Shown: piece by piece, positions 47,636 to 60,656 of the stretch
Layout: every line of letters starts with the position of its first letter
Position numbering within the stretch: position 1 is the first letter of the stretch
NCBI GenBank assembly: GCA_007125955.1
Contig: SLCF01000031.1
Span: forward strand, 31,637-95,636
Reading direction: 5' to 3'
Length of the DNA stretch: 64,000 bases
Origin: Bacteroidales bacterium
GTDB lineage: Bacteria; Bacteroidota; Bacteroidia; Bacteroidales; PUMT01
Notes under the pieces: generated by a model
Told to the model about the DNA's origin: nothing
Database searches by the model: none
The model's input: only the letters and a program-made list of their open reading frames with translations
Program-made: the position numbers and the translations under genes

Positions 47636-49438
47636 TTAATTTGATTCTTCCTGTTCAGCAACCTCTTCTTCCTTGACTTTCCTCTCTTTAATTATCTTTT
47701 TAAGCTCTTTCTCGTGCTTTTTGAAATTGTCGGATTCAAAATCGGAAAAGTTCATCTGCTTGAACTCATTTATCACCTTTTTAAAATAGGGGTTAACATC
47801 CTCAAAGGAGTCGAAACTGAATTCTGTATGATACACTTCAAGTACCTTGTCAAGCATATATTTTTGTCTCTTAATGGGACTTGACCTGTCAACCTCGTCA
47901 AAGGCATCCTGTTGCAGTATTACGAAGTCAATCACCTCTCCTTTCCAGAATGTTATATGGTAATCGATCGGAACCCCGTCATCACCGAGGATATTGATCT
48001 GCTCGTAAGCTTCCTTTCCCTTGATCAGATGGTTCTTTATTTCCATAACCTTTTCAACCCAATCTTCGCTTATATGTTTCTTCAGGTAATCCTGCAACTC
48101 GGGATACTCAATATATTTTGAGTAACTGTCAATCGGGTCGATAGCAGGATAACGCTTGCTGTCAGCCCTGTTCTGGGACAATGCATAGAAGCAGCGTGCA
48201 GCTTTTTTGGTTGACTCCGTAACCGGTTCCTTCAGGTTACCTCCCGCCGGTGAAACGGTACCTATAAAAGTTATAGAACCAGTTTTACCGTTATTCAGGT
48301 AAACAAAACCTGCACGTGAATAGAAGTTGGAGATAATTGCCGGCAAGTCCATTGGGAATGCGTCAGGCCCGGGCAGCTCCTCCATCCGGTTGGACATCTC
48401 CCTCAGGGCCTGTGCCCAGCGGGAAGTAGAATCGGCCAGAAGAAGTATCTTCAGTCCCATAGCCCGGTAATACTCCGCTATGGTCATTGCAGTGTAAACC
48501 GATGCTTCCCTTGCGGCAACGGGCATATTGGACGTATTGGCAATAATGGTGGTTCGTTCCATAAGCTTCCTGCCCGTACGCGGGTCTTCCAGCTCCGGGA
48601 ATTCGGTAAAGATCTCAACCACCTCATTTGCCCTTTCCCCGCAGGCCGCTATAACAACTATATCTGCTTCAGCTTCCTTTGATATTGCGTGCTGAAGAAC
48701 GGTCTTACCGCTTCCGAATGGTCCGGGAATAAAGCCTGTGCCTCCTTCAACAATGGGATTAAGCGTATCTATGGTACGGATCCCGGTTTCCATCAGCTTG
48801 AATGGCCTTGGCTTGTTTTTGAAGCTGGTGATGGCAATCTTTACAGGCCATTTCTGCACCATGGTAACCGGCACCTCCTTATCCTTATCATCAAGAAGCA
48901 CGGCAATGGTATCTTTTGCCTTGTAAGTCCCTTTTTTGACAACACTCTTTACCTTGTAAGTTCCTTTGAATTTGAACGGGACCATTATCCGGTGAGGCAT
49001 GGTGTTCTCCTCCACCTGGCCAAGCCAGTCACCCGCCACAACAGTATCACCTTTTTTGGCAACAGGTTCGAACTCCCATTCTTTTTCCAGGTCAAGAGGT
49101 TCGGTGTAATCGCCGCTTTTAAGGAACACCCCCTCCATCTTGTTAAGGTCATGCTGCAGTCCGTCATAGTTCTTTGACAGAACTCCGGGCCCCAGGGTCA
49201 CTTCCAGCATACTTCCGGTGAATTCTACATCGCTGCCAATCCTTATGCCACGGGTACTCTCAAACACCTGTATAAAGGCCTGGGTACCGTTTACCTTAAT
49301 GACCTCGGCCATAAGTTTGACACCATCCTTGTCAACATAACATATCTCGTTCTGTGAAACAGGTCCGTCCGCTTCCACTACCACGAGGTTGGCAATTATA
49401 CTTCTTACCTTACCTTTAGTTAACTTTTTTTCTTTCAT
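47636..49438 (-). CDS. ntpA: V/A-type ATPase catalytic subunit A
   Basis: P-loop GPFGSGKT, GERANE, NTSNMPVAAREAS, DSTSRWAQALRE. Confidence 0.97.
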   Translation of the reverse strand: MKEKKLTKGKVRSIIANLVVVEADGPVSQNEICYVDKDGVKLMAEVIKVNGTQAFIQVFESTRGIRIGSDVEFTGSMLEVTLGPGVLSKNYDGLQHDLNKMEGVFLKSGDYTEPLDLEKEWEFEPVAKKGDTVVAGDWLGQVEENTMPHRIMVPFKFKGTYKVKSVVKKGTYKAKDTIAVLLDDKDKEVPVTMVQKWPVKIAITSFKNKPRPFKLMETGIRTIDTLNPIVEGGTGFIPGPFGSGKTVLQHAISKEAEADIVVIAACGERANEVVEIFTEFPELEDPRTGRKLMERTTIIANTSNMPVAAREASVYTAMTIAEYYRAMGLKILLLADSTSRWAQALREMSNRMEELPGPDAFPMDLPAIISNFYSRAGFVYLNNGKTGSITFIGTVSPAGGNLKEPVTESTKKAARCFYALSQNRADSKRYPAIDPIDSYSKYIEYPELQDYLKKHISEDWVEKVMEIKNHLIKGKEAYEQINILGDDGVPIDYHITFWKGEVIDFVILQQDAFDEVDRSSPIKRQKYMLDKVLEVYHTEFSFDSFEDVNPYFKKVINEFKQMNFSDFESDNFKKHEKELKKIIKERKVKEEEVAEQEESN

Positions 49439-50264
49439 TTATCATAAATTCTTTAGGAAATTCATAACTCATTTCTAATTCTTTCAGCAGTTTCCTGAAC
49501 AGTTCCCTGCCTTTATCTTCATCAAGTTTCGTCCATCTTTCAACCATCTGCATTTTTATAACATATCCCAGGATAACCTCTATAGTGAAATAATTGAAGG
49601 TGTTGATCTCATTTATAAAATCCCACCTGAGCATATCCATGTCGTGTTCCCTTTCCTGCAGATTGTCATTTTCCTGGATACTCATAAGCCTGTCCATCCA
49701 CTGGAACTCTGCCGATATGCCAAAATCCTTCAGGGTGCTTTTTTTAAGGGCATCCACCATTTCATTCTCCCCTATAAGGACGTGCTCTCTTGACATTTTG
49801 TGGTTCCTGGCATTCATGGCAGCCACAATATTCCTCAGGTTCATGTCAAATTCAAACCATTGCCTCAGGAAATCATTCTTCTGCAACAAGGCATATTCAA
49901 AAAAGAGCCATGTGATCTGATCTTCCCATGACCTTTCGGGGAAAACCGGCTCTTCATTCTTAAATGCTGTTATTATCCTTTGAATATACCCCCCGTTCTC
50001 AGCTGGTTCCTTTATTTCGCTTTCCAGTTCCTCCCTGCTGTATATTCCCATTTCATCGAACTCCTCAAGATCCTTTTGAAGCAGTCCGATAAGGTTTGCA
50101 TTGTCATGAGGCAAAAAAAGGAATTCCACCAGCGAATAATCATCGGGATGCAGGTGGTACTGCAATTCATCCCTGAACTCGCCAAGGGGAATTGTAAGCT
50201 TTTTCTGGTCGAGAACAATATCGGGCAGGCCTGCTACCAAATAGTAATAGTTTCGTTTAAACAT
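49416..50264 (-). CDS. V/A-type ATPase subunit C-like protein (DUF2764)
   Basis: YYYLVAGLP N-terminus; lies between E and A. ATG 50264 overlaps the E stop (TGATG). Confidence 0.8.
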   Translation of the reverse strand: MFKRNYYYLVAGLPDIVLDQKKLTIPLGEFRDELQYHLHPDDYSLVEFLFLPHDNANLIGLLQKDLEEFDEMGIYSREELESEIKEPAENGGYIQRIITAFKNEEPVFPERSWEDQITWLFFEYALLQKNDFLRQWFEFDMNLRNIVAAMNARNHKMSREHVLIGENEMVDALKKSTLKDFGISAEFQWMDRLMSIQENDNLQEREHDMDMLRWDFINEINTFNYFTIEVILGYVIKMQMVERWTKLDEDKGRELFRKLLKELEMSYEFPKEFMINERKKVN

Positions 50265-50881
50265 CACTTACCTCCATAAAGTAATTCTATTGTCCTTGGT
50301 CGCAGGTAATTTCTAAAAAGATTTTCAAAATCCTTGTCGGTAAAGCTAATCTGGTAACTGCCGTCTTTCGGCCCGATCTTAAAACCGGCGTCGATGGAAT
50401 CCTCAAACCTCACTTCCAGTCCGGCATCCAGCAACTTTTTCTGCTTAGATTCGAAATACTTCTTCATCTCCTTCTCCTGCTTTTCGGGAAGTATAACCGA
50501 CAAGTCAAGTGATCCGCTTTCACCCGGATTCCAGTTTTTCACAAGTGTCTCGATTATCTCTTTAATGAACTCATCATCTTTAAAGGCTTCCTTAACCGGT
50601 TCTTTCACGGCTTTAGAAGTAATAAGAGACGTTATCTTTTGCTTTATTGAGCTTATAACCTGTTTTGAAGACAATTCTATCTCCGACTCCACATTCTTTT
50701 TCATTTCAGCCGAATCCTTTTCGGCCTTTTGTAATATGCGGTCTGACTCTTTTTTGGCCTTTTTGATCATTTCATCTGCCTCCTTTTTAGCCTTTTTCCT
50801 GATCTCTTCAGCCTCCTCATTAGCCTTTTCCACACCTTCGGAATATATCTTCCTGGTCAATTCCTGCAGTTTCTTTTCCAT
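50264..50881 (-). CDS. ntpE: V/A-type ATPase subunit E
   Basis: Coiled-coil N-half, GFKIGPKDG.Y.ISF; first gene of the operon. Confidence 0.9.
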   Translation of the reverse strand: MEKKLQELTRKIYSEGVEKANEEAEEIRKKAKKEADEMIKKAKKESDRILQKAEKDSAEMKKNVESEIELSSKQVISSIKQKITSLITSKAVKEPVKEAFKDDEFIKEIIETLVKNWNPGESGSLDLSVILPEKQEKEMKKYFESKQKKLLDAGLEVRFEDSIDAGFKIGPKDGSYQISFTDKDFENLFRNYLRPRTIELLYGGK

Positions 50882-50942
50882 ATTATTCAGTAATTTCTGT
50901 TATTATTTTATATAGTATTTATCATCCGTAAAACCGGCACCT

Positions 50943-50950
50943 CAAATTTA
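50943..50950 (-). promoter_or_regulatory. -7 element (TAAATTTG) for the V-ATPase operon
   Basis: Exact TAnnTTTG about 60 nt upstream of the subunit E start. Confidence 0.5.
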
Positions 50951-51266
50951 GTAAACATCCTGGCGCCCGGGAAAATTAAGTTGTGTTTTACATGTGTCTG
51001 AAAAACAGGATTTTGCCCTCGTTTCCATTTAAAAGCGATTAACAAAAGTATTAAATGTTAGACAAAAAATTATGACAAGAATCAACCTTTCCGGAAAAGA
51101 ACAATGAAAAAAATCACTTTTTTCCAAATCAACATTCTGTTTTTGAGCAAATTTTAAATATAATAAAAATTCATGCAAAATGTTTTACAACATTTTACAT
51201 AAATATGTTGAAATTTAACACGGTAAAAAACCAGTCCGATTATTTGCTATTTTTGCGAAAAACGAT

Positions 51267-52034
51267 TTGACCTGCCGTTACTTCATAGAATTAAGCTTCA
51301 GGGGAACGAACTACCACGGCTGGCAGATACAGCCCAATGCCCTGACGGTTCAGAGTCTCTTAAACGATGCTCTTTCTGTACTGTTGAGGGAGCCAGTATT
51401 CACAACAGGTGCCGGCAGGACAGATGCAGGAGTTCACGCAGTCCATTTCGTTGCCCATTTTGATTCAGTTCAAAAAGGGATTGAATCCGACCCTGACATT
51501 CTTTTCAGGCTAAACCGGATACTTCCCGAAGACATAGCCGTTCAGAGGATAATAGCTGTTCATCCCGGGGCGCACTGCCGTTTCGATGCCGTTTCCCGCA
51601 CTTATATTTACCGTATCTCGAGGGAGAAGGACCCTTTTATCACAGGCCTTTCCTGGCATATTTACGGTAATATGGACACGGAAAGCATGAACCGGGTTTC
51701 TGCAACTCTGAAAGAGCTGAGCGATTTTACCAGCTTCAGCAGACTCCACTCGGCAGCCAAAACAAACAACTGCAGGATTATGCATGCAAAATGGGAAGAG
51801 AAGGAGAATTTGCTGCTGTTCACTGTTAAAGCAGACCGTTTTTTGAGAAATATGGTCAGGGCCCTCGTGGGAACAATGGTTGAGGTGGGACTGGGAAAGC
51901 TTTCGGAAAAGGAGTTCCGGAAAATTACAGAGAGAAGGGACCGCTCTGCCGCCGGTGTATCAGCACCGGCAAGAGGTTTGTTCCTCACCTCCGTTGAATA
52001 TCCGGAAGGATATTTTGATATATATAAAAAGTGA
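51267..52034 (+). CDS. truA: tRNA pseudouridine(38-40) synthase
   Basis: YHGWQ.QP, GAGRTDAGVHA, DFTSFS, ADRFLRNMVR, APARGL. TTG start just after TATTTTTG (51248-51255). Confidence 0.95.
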   Translation: MTCRYFIELSFRGTNYHGWQIQPNALTVQSLLNDALSVLLREPVFTTGAGRTDAGVHAVHFVAHFDSVQKGIESDPDILFRLNRILPEDIAVQRIIAVHPGAHCRFDAVSRTYIYRISREKDPFITGLSWHIYGNMDTESMNRVSATLKELSDFTSFSRLHSAAKTNNCRIMHAKWEEKENLLLFTVKADRFLRNMVRALVGTMVEVGLGKLSEKEFRKITERRDRSAAGVSAPARGLFLTSVEYPEGYFDIYKK

Positions 52035-52153
52035 AATAACTATTTTTACGGAATATGCAAAACCTGTTCCCGAAAATGAGTCAGAATTATTATTTATAAA
52101 AACCGGCAATACTGTCCAGTCAAAATAATTAATTATTAACTAAATCCTTTCAT

Positions 52154-54913
52154 ATGCAAAAGCAATACAATAAAAAAAAGGGATCACTGATATACTTGTT
52201 TGCATTAATGCTGCTGGCAATAATAGCATCAACAGGTAACGGGATTTCACAAAACCGCGCCATGACACTTGAAGATGTTATGAACTTCATGCACATGGGC
52301 AGCTCTGTTCTCTCTGAAGACGGCAAATGGGTGGCATATGATGCTTCACCTGACCGGGGAGACGGATACGGTGTAATTGTTTCTTCCGATAAAAGTGTTG
52401 AACACCGGATTGAAAGAGGGCAGCGCCCTTCATTTTCTGCTTCCGGTGAGTGGGGACTTTTCACGGTTATCCCTCCTTTTGCTGAAACTGAAAACAGAAG
52501 GGGAAACCAGAGGCCCAACAACGGCGCTGTTCTGATTGAAACCTCAACAGGAGACTTTCAACATTTTGATAATGTGAGGCGTTCAGAGTTCAGTAACAGC
52601 GGAAACTTCCTTTTTATTCACCATCAATATGTAGTTGACACCACCCTGGACAAAAGCGTCCAGGATAAAATGAAAGAGGCCGGCACCGGCCTTACAGTAA
52701 AAGACCTCCGGTCGGGCACTGAAATTACGGTGCCCTTTGTTGACTCATACACAGTTGACAGCCTTTCAACAGTGCTTGTCTACACACTAAACGACACAGC
52801 TAAAGCTAATAACGGACTATATTACCTCTCCCTCCAGGATATAACCCCTCCGGGAAATGTAATAGACACAACGGGAAACGCGGAGTTCAGAAACTTCACA
52901 TGGCATGAAAAATCATCTCTCCTTGCTTATATGAGACAGGACAGTGAAGAAAAAGAAGAGTCCGAAAATGCAGAGCTTTTTATATGGGAAAAAGGAGTCG
53001 CCAGTCCGGTAAAAATTGCCTGCAACGATTCTGCATCTGACGATATGTTCCTCCCTTTCAATAACAGACTTAGCTGGTCGAATGACGGAAACCGCCTCTT
53101 CTTCGGCTTCAGGCCTGCACGCTATTCAACAGTTGAGGAAGAGTCTGTTTACGAAAGCGTTCTGGACTCAATTCAGCAGCAGGCCGGCATAGATGTGTGG
53201 CATGGTGAAGACCCGCTGATCAAAACCAATGAAAAATCGTCATGGAACAGGATTAGAAACCAGAACCTTTTATCTGTTTACCACATGGAGAGCGGGAGGA
53301 TTGTTTACCTGGCAGATGAGGATATACCTGACCTGCAGCCGCACAGGAACGGTATGCACGCCCTTGCTACAAGCAGTGTCCCGTACATGAAAAGGATCAC
53401 ATGGGAAGGCAGTTTTCGTGATGTTTACCTTTTCAATCTTGAAACAGGCAACAGAAAGCTTATTGCAGAAAAGAGCCAGGATGTGGCAAACATTTCACCC
53501 TGCGGCAGGTTTGTGCTCTTTTTCAAGGAAAGGAACTGGTATGTTTACGATATTGAAAGAGACCGGCTGACCAATCTGACGGAAGATATTGATGTGCCGT
53601 TTTATGATGAAGACATGGACAGGCCGGCCGAACCTTCAAGTTACAGGATGACAGGCTGGATAGACGACAACGAGTCAGTACTGCTCTATGACAAGTACGA
53701 CATATGGCGCTTCAACCTTCTGAATGGCAATGCTGAAAATATCACAGGAGGTGTAGGAAGAGACACACGCACCATTTTCAGGATAAGAAACCTGGAAAGA
53801 GAGCCCCTTTACGGCCACCGCCAGCAGATTTACCTGGAAGCATTCAATGAAGAAACAAAGGTGCGTTCCGTTTACACGGCACGGGTTAACAGAAGCGGTG
53901 TGAATGAGCTGTTTTGTCAGGACAGGAATATACGCCTCCGCTCGGCTTCAGATAACGGAAATACAATTATGTTCACAAGGGAGACTTACAATGAGTATCC
54001 GGACCTGTGGATAACCGGCAACCGTTTCCGCAACCCGGTTAAAGTATCAGACCTTGGGAATCAGCTGAATCAGTTCGCATGGGGCACTTCCGAGCTTGTG
54101 TCATGGCTGAGTGCTGACGGAGTTCCGCTTCAGGGCGCGTTGATAAAACCGGACGACTTTGATCCTGATAAAAGGTACCCGGTATTTGTCTATTACTATA
54201 ACAAATTCTCCCAAAGGGTTCATGAATTCAACCAGACAGTCATAAATCACAGGCCCTGCTTTGCTTATTATGCAAGTAACGGGTATGTGGTGTTCCTGCC
54301 CGATGTACATTTTGATGAAGGAAGGCCGGGCATGTCAGCCGTGAAAAGTCTTGTACCCGCCATGCACAAAATAATTGATATGGGTGTGGCTGATCCGGAT
54401 GCAATAGGCCTGCACGGACACTCATGGAGCGGTTACCAGACCGCCTATGTTGTAACTCAAACCGACCTCTTTGCAGCTGCCATAGCTGGAGCCCCTGTGT
54501 CGAACATGACCAGCGCATACGGTGGTATAAGGTGGGGTAGCGGACTGGCGCGCCAGTTCCAGTATGAAACAGGGCAAAGCCGTATCGGCTACTCCATTTT
54601 CGAGGCGCGCGACCTTTACATAGAAAACTCACCACTTTTCTATGCAAACGAGATAAACACCCCCCTTCTGCTGATGCATGGCGATGTGGACGATGCAGTT
54701 CCCTGGGAACAGTCCATCGAACTCTACCTGGCTATGAGACGTGCAGGAAAGGATGTCGTTTTCCTTCAGTACCGCGACGAGCCCCACCACCCGCAAAAGT
54801 ATCCCAACAAGCTTGACTACACGATCAAAATGAAGGAGTATTTTGACTATTATCTGAGGGGTATGGAGCCTGCTGAATGGATTATAAAAGGAGTACCCTA
54901 TACGGGTAACTAA
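52154..54913 (+). CDS. Secreted S9-family serine peptidase (beta-propeller plus hydrolase)
   Basis: GHSWSGY nucleophile, HGD.DDAV (Asp), EPHH (His); N-terminal signal. Confidence 0.88.
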   Translation: MQKQYNKKKGSLIYLFALMLLAIIASTGNGISQNRAMTLEDVMNFMHMGSSVLSEDGKWVAYDASPDRGDGYGVIVSSDKSVEHRIERGQRPSFSASGEWGLFTVIPPFAETENRRGNQRPNNGAVLIETSTGDFQHFDNVRRSEFSNSGNFLFIHHQYVVDTTLDKSVQDKMKEAGTGLTVKDLRSGTEITVPFVDSYTVDSLSTVLVYTLNDTAKANNGLYYLSLQDITPPGNVIDTTGNAEFRNFTWHEKSSLLAYMRQDSEEKEESENAELFIWEKGVASPVKIACNDSASDDMFLPFNNRLSWSNDGNRLFFGFRPARYSTVEEESVYESVLDSIQQQAGIDVWHGEDPLIKTNEKSSWNRIRNQNLLSVYHMESGRIVYLADEDIPDLQPHRNGMHALATSSVPYMKRITWEGSFRDVYLFNLETGNRKLIAEKSQDVANISPCGRFVLFFKERNWYVYDIERDRLTNLTEDIDVPFYDEDMDRPAEPSSYRMTGWIDDNESVLLYDKYDIWRFNLLNGNAENITGGVGRDTRTIFRIRNLEREPLYGHRQQIYLEAFNEETKVRSVYTARVNRSGVNELFCQDRNIRLRSASDNGNTIMFTRETYNEYPDLWITGNRFRNPVKVSDLGNQLNQFAWGTSELVSWLSADGVPLQGALIKPDDFDPDKRYPVFVYYYNKFSQRVHEFNQTVINHRPCFAYYASNGYVVFLPDVHFDEGRPGMSAVKSLVPAMHKIIDMGVADPDAIGLHGHSWSGYQTAYVVTQTDLFAAAIAGAPVSNMTSAYGGIRWGSGLARQFQYETGQSRIGYSIFEARDLYIENSPLFYANEINTPLLLMHGDVDDAVPWEQSIELYLAMRRAGKDVVFLQYRDEPHHPQKYPNKLDYTIKMKEYFDYYLRGMEPAEWIIKGVPYTGN

Positions 54914-54975
54914 TACCGTACACTGTATATCCAACAAATCAAGAATCCAGATAAGTTAAACTAAAACAGACCATT

Positions 54976-57006
54976 ATGAAAAAAATAACTTTGTTGATCA
55001 CGGTTGTTCTCTTTTTTGCAGTCCATTTAAACTCAAACGGACATGAAAAAAAGAATTTTACTGCAACAGACTTGTGGGAGATGGAGAGGATAGGCTCACC
55101 CTCCGTGTCTCCTGACGGAAAGTTCAGCCTTTTCACCATCACAACCTACGATATTGAGAGCAACACCTCGTCAACGCACATTCACCTGCTTAACAATGAA
55201 AGAGGGGAAATGAAACAGTTAACTTTTACAGGAAGGGAATCTTCCCCCTTCTGGAGTCCTCACGGTGATAAGATTGGTTTTATAAGCCGCAGGGAAGGCG
55301 GTACTGCACAGTTGTATATTATGGAGTCCGGCTGGAGCGAGGCAAAAAGGATCACAGATCTTCCGGTAGGTGTTTTTGGCCCCAAATGGTTCCCCTGCGG
55401 GGAAAGAATAGCCTTTGCAGCCAATATTCACCCCGATTATAACGGGGATTTCGAAAAGCTCGAAAATATTCTGAAGGAGCAGAAGGAAAGCAAGGTTACT
55501 GCCAAAGTAACTGAAAAAGTGATGTACAGGTTTTGGGACAGGTGGCTGACCGACGGATTTTTCCCAAGGCTTTTTTCTGTTGAAACCTCTACGGGTGAAG
55601 TAACCGATTTGATGCCGGGTACATCTAACTATTTTGAAATGATGGGCGGGGTATCGTATGATATTTCACCTGACGGGGAAGAGATAGCCGTATCAATGAA
55701 CAACACCCCTCCCCCTTTTGAAAAGCTGAACTATGACATATTCCTTCTGAAAACCGACGGCAGCGGGGATATGAAGAATATTACCGAACACAACCCTGCT
55801 GACGATATCAATCCGGTATACAGTCCCGACGGCAACTACATTCTTTACGGAGAAAAAGAAATTGCAGATTTTTATGCCGACAGGGTAGAGATGGTGGTAT
55901 ACGACAAAAGAAGACGAACCGGGAACAATATAACTTCGGGCATTGACCTCTCCTGCGAGCAGTGGCAATGGTCACCCGACGGAAGGACAATATTCTTCCA
56001 TGCACAGCATGAAGCAAAAAAGGCGATCTTTTCCGTACCAGTCAACGGAGGCAGGCATACAATGATTTTTGGCGAAGGCAACAACAACAACCTCAAACCT
56101 TCCGGAAACAACAGACTGTTGTTTACACACGACAATCTCAACAAACCCGCAGATATCTATTCAATAGATACAAGAGGCAGGGATCTCAGACAGCTTACAT
56201 CTGTTAACAATGAAATACTTGACGGCCTTCAGCTAGGCAACATTGAGAATGTCACCTATAAAGGGGCTAATGGTGTTGATATACAGATGTATATTGTTTA
56301 TCCGCCCGGTTTTGACCCCGGGAAAAAATACCCGCTTGTCCTCATGATACATGGAGGCCCGCACAGTATTTTCGGCGACCAGTGGCATTACAGGTGGAAC
56401 TCCCATCTCTTTTCTGAACCGGGATATGTTGTGGCAATGCCCAATTTTCACGGATCAACCAGCTTCGGACAGGAGTTTGCAAAGTCAATTCACGGTTCAC
56501 ATGCCGACCTGCCCTTCAGGGACATCATGAAAGCAACAGATTATATGATAAACAGAGGCTTTATTGATGAAACAAGAATGGCCGCAACAGGCGGAAGCTA
56601 CGGGGGATACATGGTAAGCTGGATAGCCGGGCATACCGACAGGTACGCCTGTCTTGTGAACCATGCGGGTGTTTATAACATCCATATGCAGTTTTCTGCC
56701 GACTATACATGGTACAGGCCCCACCAGTACGGAGGTTCTCCGTGGGAAAACTTCGAAACCCTGCAATCAGCAAATCCTGCAATGTTTGCACACAATTTCA
56801 GCACTCCTATGCTGGTAATACACGGAGAAAAGGATTTCAGGGTACCGGTCGGACACGGTCTTCTGGTTTACGGAATTTACAAAAGAATGGGAATCGATGC
56901 CAGACTGGTTTATTATCCTGATGAAAACCACTGGATACTCTCTCCCCAGAACTCCATATTCTGGTACGGGGAGTTTCATGACTGGCTCGACAGGTACCTC
57001 CGGTAG
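54976..57006 (+). CDS. Secreted S9C peptidase (DPP5/acylaminoacyl-peptidase-like)
   Basis: IHGGP, GGSYGG, HGEKDFRV, DENHW. Confidence 0.9.
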   Translation: MKKITLLITVVLFFAVHLNSNGHEKKNFTATDLWEMERIGSPSVSPDGKFSLFTITTYDIESNTSSTHIHLLNNERGEMKQLTFTGRESSPFWSPHGDKIGFISRREGGTAQLYIMESGWSEAKRITDLPVGVFGPKWFPCGERIAFAANIHPDYNGDFEKLENILKEQKESKVTAKVTEKVMYRFWDRWLTDGFFPRLFSVETSTGEVTDLMPGTSNYFEMMGGVSYDISPDGEEIAVSMNNTPPPFEKLNYDIFLLKTDGSGDMKNITEHNPADDINPVYSPDGNYILYGEKEIADFYADRVEMVVYDKRRRTGNNITSGIDLSCEQWQWSPDGRTIFFHAQHEAKKAIFSVPVNGGRHTMIFGEGNNNNLKPSGNNRLLFTHDNLNKPADIYSIDTRGRDLRQLTSVNNEILDGLQLGNIENVTYKGANGVDIQMYIVYPPGFDPGKKYPLVLMIHGGPHSIFGDQWHYRWNSHLFSEPGYVVAMPNFHGSTSFGQEFAKSIHGSHADLPFRDIMKATDYMINRGFIDETRMAATGGSYGGYMVSWIAGHTDRYACLVNHAGVYNIHMQFSADYTWYRPHQYGGSPWENFETLQSANPAMFAHNFSTPMLVIHGEKDFRVPVGHGLLVYGIYKRMGIDARLVYYPDENHWILSPQNSIFWYGEFHDWLDRYLR

Positions 57007-57065
57007 AGAGTACAGGATAAAAGCTGAAAAACCTGCTGTACGGTATTGTTCCGGATTATAAGGGA

Positions 57066-57983
57066 CTAATCGAGCGGCAGGTTTTTTCTTTTGCCCTCAA
57101 GTTCCTCCATGAGAGCCTCCATCTTCTTAAATGTTTTTTCGGAAACATTGCGCAAGGGCAAACGAAGATTGTTTTCGGCAATACCTTTCAGGCAGAGGCT
57201 CGCCTTCACACCTGCAGGGTTGCCTTCAACAAAATGTGCATCCATCATGTCCAGCAAGGCATTTTGTATTAACTGCGCTTTGTCGAATTTGTGAGACAAG
57301 GCGTATTTCACCATCAGGGAAAACTCCTGCGGAAAAGTGTTTGCGGAAACGGAGATCACGCCCGATGCGCCGAGAGAGATCATCGGAACGGTAAGCGGAT
57401 CATCGCCCGAAATAACCAGGAAATCTTCAGGTTTATCCCTGAGTATGTGGTTTATCTGATTAAAATTGCCGGAAGCTTCCTTAATTCCGGCAATATTAAC
57501 AACCTCACCTGCAAGTTTAAGTGTAGTTTCAGCAGTCATGTTCACACCTGTTCGTCCCGGGACATTGTATAGTATTACCGGAAGGTCGCATGCATTGGCC
57601 ACCTCCCTGTAATGGAGGCACAAACCTTCCTGTGACGGTTTGTTATAATAGGGTGTAACCGATAGCACCCCGTCAATTGCCAGATTCTCATCACGCACCT
57701 CCTTAAGGTTATTTACGACATCCTGGGTGTTGTTTCCACCCACTCCCATTACAACAGGAATCCTGCCGTCAACTTCATCAACAACGAAGTTTATAACAGC
57801 AATTTTCTCATCATTCGAAAGGGTTACCGATTCCCCTGTGGTTCCAAGCGCTACTATATAGTCCACCCCCCCGTTGATGAGATGTTCAACGAGCTTCCTC
57901 ATGGAAAAGAAATCCACGCTGCCGTCTTTCCGGAAAGGAGTTACAATGGCAACTCCAGTGCCGCTGAATTTTGTTTTTGCCAT
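57066..57983 (-). CDS. dapA: 4-hydroxy-tetrahydrodipicolinate synthase
   Basis: GTTGE, PYYNKP.QEG, YNVPGRT, GIKEASG, NPAGVK. Confidence 0.95.
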   Translation of the reverse strand: MAKTKFSGTGVAIVTPFRKDGSVDFFSMRKLVEHLINGGVDYIVALGTTGESVTLSNDEKIAVINFVVDEVDGRIPVVMGVGGNNTQDVVNNLKEVRDENLAIDGVLSVTPYYNKPSQEGLCLHYREVANACDLPVILYNVPGRTGVNMTAETTLKLAGEVVNIAGIKEASGNFNQINHILRDKPEDFLVISGDDPLTVPMISLGASGVISVSANTFPQEFSLMVKYALSHKFDKAQLIQNALLDMMDAHFVEGNPAGVKASLCLKGIAENNLRLPLRNVSEKTFKKMEALMEELEGKRKNLPLD

Positions 57984-57988
57984 AAATG

Positions 57989-58549
57989 TCAGTTGCTTTT
58001 TAATATTTTAAGATAATAAACTATCTGCTGCAAAAGATAATTGGTATCACTGTTGTTACCTGTATCAATGCTCAAGTCGAGGTGTTCCGAATCATCTGTT
58101 CTCTTTCCGGCCCTGAACCCGGCATCCGAAAGAGAGACAATATAATCAACAGGATAAGAAGAGTTTATGCTCAGGTCAATAAGCAAATCGAACCTTTCAT
58201 TTATAAATAGCTCAACAAACGGTACAACCGGTTTATAATACCAGTTAAGGTCGGATAAACAGAAAAAATGAAGGCTTTTCCTGAGCAGGTAGTTTTCAGG
58301 CACTTTTTTTTCAGGCACATACCCTACGGCAAAAACATCTTTGCCCTCATCCCTGCATTCTTTAACAAAGTTATGTACAACCTCAAACATCTCATTGTTC
58401 TCACACTTAAAAACTATTCCAATCTTTCGGGCTGAAGAGAGACTGCAGACATTTCTTTGGCGGGATCTCTTTTTCAATTTCCATCTGAGAACGAGGCGGG
58501 CTGTTTTATTTTTTAAATTTTCAAGCAATTGAAATATGTTTTTATACAC
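57989..58549 (-). CDS. Conserved hypothetical protein (glycosyltransferase-9-like FDLLIDL segment)
   Basis: Fills the gap between ligA and dapA on the same strand; 5 nt from the dapA start. Confidence 0.65.
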   Translation of the reverse strand: MYKNIFQLLENLKNKTARLVLRWKLKKRSRQRNVCSLSSARKIGIVFKCENNEMFEVVHNFVKECRDEGKDVFAVGYVPEKKVPENYLLRKSLHFFCLSDLNWYYKPVVPFVELFINERFDLLIDLSINSSYPVDYIVSLSDAGFRAGKRTDDSEHLDLSIDTGNNSDTNYLLQQIVYYLKILKSN

Positions 58550-58601
58550 TAATTAAAATGCAATATTAATAAAAAATAGAGGGATTATCCCTTAGCAACA
58601 C

Positions 58602-60656
<2,055 letters not shown>

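Noticed and set aside
57984-58601. Lysine riboswitch upstream of dapA
   Set aside because: Only 5 nt separate dapA from the upstream CDS, and no aptamer motifs are present.
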